Assembly: GCA_046292385.1 (NCBI GenBank)
Contig: JBKBRF010000032.1
Coordinates: 16,913-80,912 of the forward strand
Reading direction: 5' to 3'
Length of the DNA stretch: 64,000 nt
Source of the DNA: Armatimonadota bacterium
GTDB taxonomy: Bacteria > Armatimonadota > SYMT01
The position numbers and the translations under genes were made by a program. Below the pieces are notes generated by a model that was not told the origin of the DNA, did no database searches, and saw only the letters and a program-made list of their open reading frames with translations. Below are positions 28,923-36,464 of the stretch, piece after piece. The number at the start of each line of letters is the position of its first letter. Position 1 is the first letter of the stretch.

Positions 28923-30358
28923 GGTTGTCCTCCTCCCCCACGCTCCTGCGCCTGCCGCGGGAGCCAGGTCGCCATCATCGCGGCCGTGAGCGGCAGGTCC
29001 ATGACCCGGGCCCGCTGCTCCGGCGGGAGCGCGTCGAACCCTTCGAAGAGCTGGTCGAGCGAGCGCTCCAACTCGTCCGGGCTCATCCGCCGCAGGAGCT
29101 CTAGCTGAGCCCGCTGGAGCCCCGCCAGCCGCTCCTCCGCCGTGTCCCCGCTGGCTGCCGGCCAGGTGCTGTAGACCAGGTAAACCGGCTCGGCCTCCAA
29201 CCCGGCATCCCGCGCCGCGCGCTCGGCAGCCCCGGGCGCCGCCGGCAGCCGCTCGAAGCGGCGCGCGGGGCCCGCCTCCCCTTCGGCGACCCGGACCTGC
29301 TCTACTTCGACCTCCTGGAGCGCCCGCACGGTCGCGCCCAGCCGCCCGGCGTGCTCCCGTCGCCCCAGCGCCAGCCGCGGAACCTTGCGAAGAAAGATGC
29401 GGCACCAGTCGACTCCCGGCAGCGCCGCGGTGAGGCGTTCCAGTGCCTCCTCGATCGGCAGGTGGTTCGGGCCGGTTTCGGAGAGCTGGAGCGAAAGCAG
29501 CGCGGGTTCCACCACGACGCGGGCACCGGTCTGCCGCGAGATTCGCCCCGCCGCTTCCTGCAGCGTCCCGCCTCGCATCCGGCTAGCCGGATCGGCTGGC
29601 GCGGCTCCACCCGGGGGCGCTCCGCCCGGCACCAGGCCGGACCGCTCCAGGAGCGTCGAGACGCCTGCCATCATCGCGCCGCGCTCCGCCGGCGGCGTGG
29701 CGTCCCAACGGCGCATCCCGGCGGCGTGCATTGCCCGCCCGAACCGCTCCCTCTCCGCCGGCTCCAGTCCCATGAAGTGCTTCGCCGTCTCCGCATACGC
29801 CGATCCGAGCCGGTCACGGCCGCCCTGCCACGCCAGCTGCTGCCGCTGCAGGCTCCGCAACTGCGCTTCCGGAGGGCCGCCGTCCTCCGCCGGCGACCTG
29901 CTGTAAAGGACGACCACTTCGCGCCCGCGCTCCACCCCAGCATCTCTCCGGGGAACCTCCAGCCAGAGCGTGAGAGTCCGCGGAGTGCCGCCCTCCAGCA
30001 CCAGCGGATGCGTCTCACTCGCCGCGAGCCGGCGCGCCGTCGCGGCGAGGCTGGGGCTGCCGGTGGCCCCGTTCGGGTGCTCCGGAACCCGGAGCCGCCG
30101 CCAGGCCGTTCCGGGGAGGACCTCGCACAGGCGCTTCATCGCCTCCGGCAGCGAGAGCGCGGCCGGGGGAGAGACCGGTACCGGAGTGCCGGCGAGCTCC
30201 GGGTCCGGAACGATCGGCAGCCGGTATCGCTCCGAGAGCGTGCGGCAGAGCTCCTCCAGCGACTCCGGAGGCGCCGCCTGGGAAGCCCCGCCCAGCGCCA
30301 GGGCGGCTCCCGCGAGCAGCGCCAGGTATTGCATCCCGCGTCTCTTCGTGTCGTTCAT
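28919..30358 (-). CDS. Secreted hypothetical protein with an internal tandem duplication
   Basis: Signal peptide (YLALLAGAALALGGASQA); two similar ~200 aa modules; 4 bp overlaps with both neighbours. Confidence 0.7.
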   Translation of the reverse strand: MNDTKRRGMQYLALLAGAALALGGASQAAPPESLEELCRTLSERYRLPIVPDPELAGTPVPVSPPAALSLPEAMKRLCEVLPGTAWRRLRVPEHPNGATGSPSLAATARRLAASETHPLVLEGGTPRTLTLWLEVPRRDAGVERGREVVVLYSRSPAEDGGPPEAQLRSLQRQQLAWQGGRDRLGSAYAETAKHFMGLEPAERERFGRAMHAAGMRRWDATPPAERGAMMAGVSTLLERSGLVPGGAPPGGAAPADPASRMRGGTLQEAAGRISRQTGARVVVEPALLSLQLSETGPNHLPIEEALERLTAALPGVDWCRIFLRKVPRLALGRREHAGRLGATVRALQEVEVEQVRVAEGEAGPARRFERLPAAPGAAERAARDAGLEAEPVYLVYSTWPAASGDTAEERLAGLQRAQLELLRRMSPDELERSLDQLFEGFDALPPEQRARVMDLPLTAAMMATWLPRQAQERGGGGQP

Positions 30359-30759
30359 CGCACCCCCTCCTTCGCCGGCTCTTCCCGCCGGCAGGCGTCC
30401 CGCTCGCGCAGGTAGCCGGCCAGGGCTTCCACGTCGAGGCCGAGCTGCTCCGCGTCGGCGAGAAGCGCGTCGATCCGGTCCGCGAGCAGCGCCAGCCGTT
30501 CCGAGCGAGGCATCGGCGCCGCTCCGCTGGAGACGTACGTCCCGGACGTGCGGCGCTTGGCGACCACCCCGGCCACCTCCAGCTCGCGGTAGGCGCGGGC
30601 CACGGTGTTCGGATTGATCGTCAGCCGCTCCGCCAGCACCCGGATCGGCGGCAGCTCCTCTCCTGGCGCGAGCCGCCCCGATGCCACCAGGTGCCGGACC
30701 TGGTTCACGATCTGCTGGTAGATGGGCACTCCCTCCTGGGGAGAGATCTGGATCTGCAC
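30355..30759 (-). CDS. GntR-family regulator, YtrA subfamily
   Basis: PIYQQIV..GRLAPGEELPPIR.LA..L.INPNTVARAYRELE..GTYV; short C-terminus. Confidence 0.93.
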   Translation of the reverse strand: MQIQISPQEGVPIYQQIVNQVRHLVASGRLAPGEELPPIRVLAERLTINPNTVARAYRELEVAGVVAKRRTSGTYVSSGAAPMPRSERLALLADRIDALLADAEQLGLDVEALAGYLRERDACRREEPAKEGVR

Positions 30760-30773
30760 GGGCTGCTCCTGTC

Positions 30774-30799
30774 TCTTGTATTAGATCAGCAATACAAGA
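30774..30799. promoter_or_regulatory. YtrA-type operator palindrome TCTTGTATT-N8-AATACAAGA
   Basis: Perfect 9 bp arms containing TGTA..TACA just upstream of the GntR start. Confidence 0.7.
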
Positions 30800-30958
30800 C
30801 GCGTCAGAGCCTCGGAAGGTTTCGCCCGGAATTTGGAGATCCGCCGCCGGCCTCGGGTGGCGCCGCGCGCCTCCCGTTCTCACGCGGTGCTGCTATAACT
30901 TCCAGGCGCGCTTCTCCCCCCGCGCCGGTGGCGCACACCGCGCGAGCGATCCTGATTG

Positions 30959-32245
30959 ATGAGCACCCTGGACCTCCTGGTAGTCGGAAGCGGCGGACGC
31001 GAGCACGCGCTCGCCTGGAAGCTGCGGCAGTCGCCGCGCTGTGGACGGATCTTTGCCGCGCCGGGAAACCCGGGGATTGCCGAGATCGCGGAGTGCCTGC
31101 CGGCGGGGGTGAGTGACCTCGACGAGCTGGTGCGGATCGCGGTCGACCGCAAGATCGGGCTCGCCGTGATCGGGCCGGAGGTGCCGCTCGCCGCCGGGCT
31201 GGCGGACCGGCTGCGCGCCGCCGGCATCCGTGTCTTCGGACCCTCCGCCGCCGCGGCGCGGATCGAGAGCAGCAAGGCCTACGCTCGCGAGCTGATGCAG
31301 CGGAAGCGCGTCCCGCAGCCCTCCTTCGCCTCCGTCACGACTTTCGAGCGCGCGACCTTCGTCCTCGCCCAGTTGGAGAAGCAGGGCGCCGCGGGCGTGG
31401 TGGTCAAGGCGAGCGGGCTCGCCGCCGGCAAGGGCGCCATCGTCTGCGATACCTTCGAGCAGGCTCGCGAGGTCGCCCGCGCGATGCTGGAAGGCGGCGA
31501 ATTCGGCGAGGCCGGCCAGGAAGTCGTGATCGAGGAGCGGCTGGTCGGCGAGGAGGCGAGTCTCTTCGTGCTGACCGACGGCGTCCGTGTGGCGCCGCTG
31601 CTCCCGGCCCAGGACTACAAGCGCGCTCTCGACGGCGACGAAGGCCCGAACACCGGCGGGATGGGCGCCTACGCCCCGGCGCCGCTCATCTCTCCCGCGC
31701 TCTACGAGCAGGCGGTGGAGACGATCGTCCGCCCCACCCTTCGCGCCCTGCGGGAAGACGGCGCGCCGTTCAGCGGGTGCCTCTACGCCGGCCTGATGAA
31801 GACCGGCAGCGGACTGCGCGTGATCGAGTTCAACTGCCGCTTCGGCGATCCGGAGACGCAGGTGGTGCTGCCGCTGATCGACGAGGACCTGCTGGAGCTG
31901 ATGCTCGCCGTCGCGGAGGAGCGCCTGGAAGACCACCTCGTTCCCCGGAAGCCGGGCGTGGGCGTCACGGTGGTACTCGCGAGCGGCGGTTACCCCGGCA
32001 GTTACGAGAACGGCAAGCCGATTCACGGCCTGGAAGCCGCCGCCGCGCGCGAAGGGGTGCAGGTCTTCCACGCCGGCACCGCGCGCCGCGAGGGTGAGGT
32101 CGTCACCGCGGGAGGCCGCGTGCTGAACGTGACCGCGCTCGGCGCCAGCTTCGCGGAAGCGCGGGAGCGGGCCTACGGGGCGGCGGAGCTGATCCAGTTC
32201 GAGGGGAAGCAGCTCCGCACCGACATCGCCGCCCGCGTGGCGTAG
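30959..32245 (+). CDS. purD: Phosphoribosylamine-glycine ligase
   Basis: VVGSGGREHAL, APGNPG, GPEVPL, GLAAGKG, QDYKR..GPNTGGMGAY, EFNCRFGDPE. Confidence 0.98.
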   Translation: MSTLDLLVVGSGGREHALAWKLRQSPRCGRIFAAPGNPGIAEIAECLPAGVSDLDELVRIAVDRKIGLAVIGPEVPLAAGLADRLRAAGIRVFGPSAAAARIESSKAYARELMQRKRVPQPSFASVTTFERATFVLAQLEKQGAAGVVVKASGLAAGKGAIVCDTFEQAREVARAMLEGGEFGEAGQEVVIEERLVGEEASLFVLTDGVRVAPLLPAQDYKRALDGDEGPNTGGMGAYAPAPLISPALYEQAVETIVRPTLRALREDGAPFSGCLYAGLMKTGSGLRVIEFNCRFGDPETQVVLPLIDEDLLELMLAVAEERLEDHLVPRKPGVGVTVVLASGGYPGSYENGKPIHGLEAAAAREGVQVFHAGTARREGEVVTAGGRVLNVTALGASFAEARERAYGAAELIQFEGKQLRTDIAARVA

Positions 32246-32301
32246 CAGCGCGAGCATCGACCACCGCGCCCTTTCCGGCACGGGCAGAAGGAGCTTACAG
32301 C

Positions 32302-34092
32302 ATGGCGACCGGCGCGCTCCCCCACTGGGACATGACCCCTATCTTCCCCGGGCTCGACTCGCCGGAGCTCGCCGCCGCGCTGGAGCGCGCCCGCGAAGAC
32401 GTGGCCGACCTCGGCCGGCTCTTCGACCGGCACCAGGTCCGCGGGACGGATGACGGCGCCGTGACGCCGGAGATCGCCGCGGCGTTCGACGAGGTGACGG
32501 GGCGGCTGAACGCCCGGCTCCAGGAGAACCGGGTCCTGGGCGCCTACCTCAACTGCTTCGTCAGCATCGACGCGGCGGACGATCGGGCACAGTCGCTCCT
32601 CTCCGAGCTCCGCGCGCTCAGCGTGCCGCTCAACCAGCTCGGCACCCGCTACACCGCCTGGGCCGGCACGCTCGACACCGACGCGCTGCTCCAGGCCTCG
32701 CAGACGGCGCGCGACCACGAGCACGCCGTCCGCCGGGCCGGCTACCTGGCGCGGCATCAGATGCCGGAAGGCGAGGAAGCCCTGGCTGCGGAGCTGCAGC
32801 CCGCGGGGCTGAACGGCTGGGCGCGGCTTCATAACGACGTCACGTCGCTGCTTACCGTTACGCTGACCCTCCGCGGGGAGGAGCAGACGCTGCCGATGAG
32901 CTCCGTTCGCGCCCTGGCGAACGACCCGGATCGCTCCGTTCGCCAGGGCGCGTATGAAGCGGAGCTTCGCGCGTGGGACGAGGTAACCGTCCCCCTCGCG
33001 GCCGCGCTGAACGGGATCAAGGGCTTCCAGCGAAGTCTGCGCGCGCGCCGCGGCTATGGGGACGACGTGGAGCCGACGCTGATCGTGAACGGCATCGACC
33101 GCGAGATCCTCGAGGCGATGCAGGCCGCCTGCGTGGAGTCGTTCCCGGACTTCCGCCGCTACATGGGGGCGAAGGCCCGCGCGCTCGGCGTGGAGCGGCT
33201 CGCCTGGTTCGACCTCCACGCGCCGCTCGGCACCGCCTCCCGCGAGTACACCTGGGACGACGCGGAAGCGTTCATCCGGGAGCAGTTCGGGCGCTACTCG
33301 GAGCGGTTGGCCGGCTTCGCCGACCGCAGCTTCCGGGAGCGCTGGATCGACGCGGAGCCGCGCCCCGGCAAAGAAGGCGGCGCCTACTGCACCGGCCTTC
33401 GTCCCGGCGAATCGCGCGTGCTGATGAACTATGACAACTCGTTCAACAGCGTCAGCACCCTCGCCCACGAGCTGGGCCACGCCTACCACAACCTGAACCT
33501 GGCGGAGCGGACCCCGCTGCAGCGGCAGACGCCGATGACCCTGGCCGAGACCGCCAGCATCTTCTGCGAGACGCTCGCGTTCGAAGCGGCGCTGAAAGAC
33601 GCCGGCCCGGAAGAGCGGCTCGGGCTCCTCGAGACCTCTCTGCAGCGGGACCTGATGGTGGTGGTCGACATCCACTCCCGCTTCCTCTTCGAGAAGGGCG
33701 TCTTCGAGCGCCGCGGACGCCGCGAGCTGACTGCCGCCGAATTCTCCGAGCTGATGCTGGAGACTCAGGCGCAGACCTACGGCGACGGCCTCGAGCCGGA
33801 GCGGCGCCACCCCTACATGTGGGCGGTGAAGGGGCACTACTACGGCCCCACGTTCTACAACTACCCGTACACCTTCGGACTGCTCTTCGGGCTGGGGCTC
33901 TACGCCCGGTACCAGGGCGATCCGGACGGGTTCCGCCAGGGCTACGACGACCTGCTCTCCAGCACCGGGCTGGCGGACGCGGCGACCCTGGCACAGCGGT
34001 TCGGGATCGACGTGCGGAGCATCGACTTCTGGCGCTCCAGCCTCGACGTGATCCGCGGCAACATTAGCGAATTCGAAAAGCTGGTCGGCTAG
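32302..34092 (+). CDS. M3B oligoendopeptidase F family
   Basis: RPGKEGGAYC, TLAHELGHAYH, LAETASIFCE, HYY..FYNYPYTFG. Confidence 0.93.
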   Translation: MATGALPHWDMTPIFPGLDSPELAAALERAREDVADLGRLFDRHQVRGTDDGAVTPEIAAAFDEVTGRLNARLQENRVLGAYLNCFVSIDAADDRAQSLLSELRALSVPLNQLGTRYTAWAGTLDTDALLQASQTARDHEHAVRRAGYLARHQMPEGEEALAAELQPAGLNGWARLHNDVTSLLTVTLTLRGEEQTLPMSSVRALANDPDRSVRQGAYEAELRAWDEVTVPLAAALNGIKGFQRSLRARRGYGDDVEPTLIVNGIDREILEAMQAACVESFPDFRRYMGAKARALGVERLAWFDLHAPLGTASREYTWDDAEAFIREQFGRYSERLAGFADRSFRERWIDAEPRPGKEGGAYCTGLRPGESRVLMNYDNSFNSVSTLAHELGHAYHNLNLAERTPLQRQTPMTLAETASIFCETLAFEAALKDAGPEERLGLLETSLQRDLMVVVDIHSRFLFEKGVFERRGRRELTAAEFSELMLETQAQTYGDGLEPERRHPYMWAVKGHYYGPTFYNYPYTFGLLFGLGLYARYQGDPDGFRQGYDDLLSSTGLADAATLAQRFGIDVRSIDFWRSSLDVIRGNISEFEKLVG

Positions 34093-34135
34093 CCCACCGC
34101 GGCTCCACCGGCACGACAGGAACGAGAGAGAAGCG

Positions 34136-35425
34136 ATGATCGAGCGTTACAGCCTTCCGGAGATGCAGTCTCTCTGGTCGCTGCAGAACAAGTACGACAA
34201 CTGGCTCAAGGTCGAGCTCGCGGTGGTCCAGGCGCAGGCGGAAGTCGGCCGCATCCCGCGGGAAGAGGCCGACCTGATCGTGAAGAATGCCCGGTTCGAG
34301 CTGGAGCGGGCGCTGGAGATCGAGAAGACGACCCGCCACGACCTCCTCGGCTTCGTCGGCGCGGTGCTGGAGAACCTGGGGCCGGAGGGGCGCTACTTCC
34401 ACTACGGCGTTACTTCCTACGACATCGAGGACCCGGCTCTCTCCCTGCAGATGATCCAGGCGCTCGACCTGATCCTGGAGAAGCTGGACGGCCTGATCGA
34501 GGCGATCCGCGGCCGGGCGCGCGAGCACAAGTGGACCATCATGATGGGCCGCACGCACGCGATTCACGCGGAGCCGATCACCCTCGGCTTCAAGCTGGCG
34601 GTCTGGCTGGCGGAGTTCCTCCGCAACCGCGAGCGGGTGGTGCGTGCGAAGGAGAACATCGCCTGGGGCAAGATCTCCGGGGCGGTCGGCACCCACGCCA
34701 ACATCCCGCCGCAGGTGGAAGCCCGCGTCTGCGAGATGCTCGGCCTGAAGCCAGACCCCGCCTCCACCCAGATCCTGCAGCGCGACCGACACGCGGAGGT
34801 GCTCCTCACCCTCTCGCTGCTCTCCGCGTCGCTGGAGAAGTACGCCACGGAGATCCGCAACCTGCAGCGGACCGAGATCCGGGAGCTGGAAGAGCCGTTC
34901 GCGAAGGGCCAGCGCGGCTCCAGCGCCATGCCGCACAAGCGCAATCCGTGGGTCTGCGAGCAGATCTCCGGCCTGGCGCGCGTGGTCCGCGGCAACGCGA
35001 TCCCCGCGCTGGAGAACGTGATCACCTGGCACGAGCGCGACCTGGCCAACTCCTCCGTGGAGCGCGTCATCATCCCGGACACCACCACGCTGGTCCACTA
35101 CCAGCTCCACCGCTTCACCACGATCGTGGCGGGGATGGAGGTCTATCCGGAGAACATGGCCGCCAACCTGGAGAAGATGCACGGCCTCATCTTCAGCCAG
35201 CAGGTGATGCTCTCGCTCGTCGAGAAGGGCGCCTCCCGCGACGACGCCTACAAGCTCTCCCAGCAGCTCGCGATGGACGGCTGGGCCGGCTCCGACTTCC
35301 GCAAGGCGGTCCGCGAGAACCAGGCCGTCCGCCAGTACCTGAGCGAGGAAGAGATCGAGCGCTGCTTCGACGTGCGCTACCACCTGAAGCACCTGGAGCA
35401 CACGTTCGAGCAGCTGGGAATCTGA
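34136..35425 (+). CDS. purB: Adenylosuccinate lyase
   Basis: MIERYS, TRHD, HYGVTS, GRTHAIHAEP, GSSAMPHKRNP, WHERD. Confidence 0.97.
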   Translation: MIERYSLPEMQSLWSLQNKYDNWLKVELAVVQAQAEVGRIPREEADLIVKNARFELERALEIEKTTRHDLLGFVGAVLENLGPEGRYFHYGVTSYDIEDPALSLQMIQALDLILEKLDGLIEAIRGRAREHKWTIMMGRTHAIHAEPITLGFKLAVWLAEFLRNRERVVRAKENIAWGKISGAVGTHANIPPQVEARVCEMLGLKPDPASTQILQRDRHAEVLLTLSLLSASLEKYATEIRNLQRTEIRELEEPFAKGQRGSSAMPHKRNPWVCEQISGLARVVRGNAIPALENVITWHERDLANSSVERVIIPDTTTLVHYQLHRFTTIVAGMEVYPENMAANLEKMHGLIFSQQVMLSLVEKGASRDDAYKLSQQLAMDGWAGSDFRKAVRENQAVRQYLSEEEIERCFDVRYHLKHLEHTFEQLGI

Positions 35426-35579
35426 GGGTTTTCAGGAGATGGGGGGATGTGGGAACGGGGATTGGGGGATGACAACCTCCCGAACCTAGCTCCTACTCGT
35501 TCTCTTACTCCTACTCTTACTCGAGAGCCTCGCGAGGCGGGATAGGCCTGCGACGAGAGGGTGTACCCGCTCGTCGGAG

Positions 35580-35650
35580 CCTATCCCCCAGCCCCGGCTC
35601 TACACCGATAGCTCCCCTCTCTTCTCAGGAGCGGGGCCGGGGGTGAGGCC
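35580..35650. repeat. REP-like CCCCTCTC..GGGGGTGAGG element
   Basis: cctatcccccagccccgg...ggggccgggggtgaggcc; related to 39169-39268. Confidence 0.5.
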
Positions 35651-35789
35651 GCGTCAGAAGCAGCCGTCTCCGCTCTCGCATCAGCTCCCCCTATCCGTCC
35701 CCAAAGCCCCATCGATACTTTCCATCTGATCCGCCCCAGCGCCGGACGTAAAATTCCTGGCGAGCCCGGCAGTCTCAGCGCCGGGCGGG

Positions 35790-36464
35790 ATGGAGAGACT
35801 TTTGGCTGATCAGGGTCCCCGCTGGGGCATGGTGCTGGACGTGGAGCGCTGCACCGGCTGCCACGCTTGCTCCGTGGCGTGCAAGGTGGAGAACGACGTC
35901 CCCCTCGGCAACTTCCGCACCAAGGTCTACTACCACGACCGCGGCACTTTCCCGCAGGCGCGGCGCGACTTCCTCCCGGTCGTCTGTATGCAGTGCGCCG
36001 ACGCCCCCTGCATGAAGTCCTGCCCCACCCAGTCGATCGTGCGGCTGGAGAACGGGATCGTCCACATCAACCAGGAGACGTGCCAGGGCTTCGGCAAGTG
36101 CGAGGACGCCTGCCCCTACGGCGCGATTTACGTCGACCCGCAGCGAAACGTCGCGGACAAGTGCAACTTCTGCGAGCACCGGCTCGAAGCGGGCATGGAG
36201 CCGGCCTGCGTGGAGACCTGCCCGGGCGAGGTCTTCGTCTTCGGCGACCTCAACGACCCGAACAGCCGCATCTCCCGCTTCGCCGCGGAGCACGCGGACG
36301 AGTTGAAGGTGCTCAAGCCGGGCGAGAAGACGCAGCCGCAGGTGCGGTACCGCGGCCACCGGCGGGAGATGGAGCGGAAGGTCCCCAAAGGCCGCAACCA
36401 CGATCCCCGCTCCTACGAGATCCAGACCTGGGCCACGCTCCGGCCGACCTTCGACGAGGACTAG
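35790..36464 (+). CDS. Fe-S electron-transfer subunit (DmsB/NrfC/PsrB family)
   Basis: Cys groups CTGCHACSVAC, CMQCADAPCMKSCP, CQGFGKCEDACP, CNFC..PACVETCP. Confidence 0.93.
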   Translation: MERLLADQGPRWGMVLDVERCTGCHACSVACKVENDVPLGNFRTKVYYHDRGTFPQARRDFLPVVCMQCADAPCMKSCPTQSIVRLENGIVHINQETCQGFGKCEDACPYGAIYVDPQRNVADKCNFCEHRLEAGMEPACVETCPGEVFVFGDLNDPNSRISRFAAEHADELKVLKPGEKTQPQVRYRGHRREMERKVPKGRNHDPRSYEIQTWATLRPTFDED

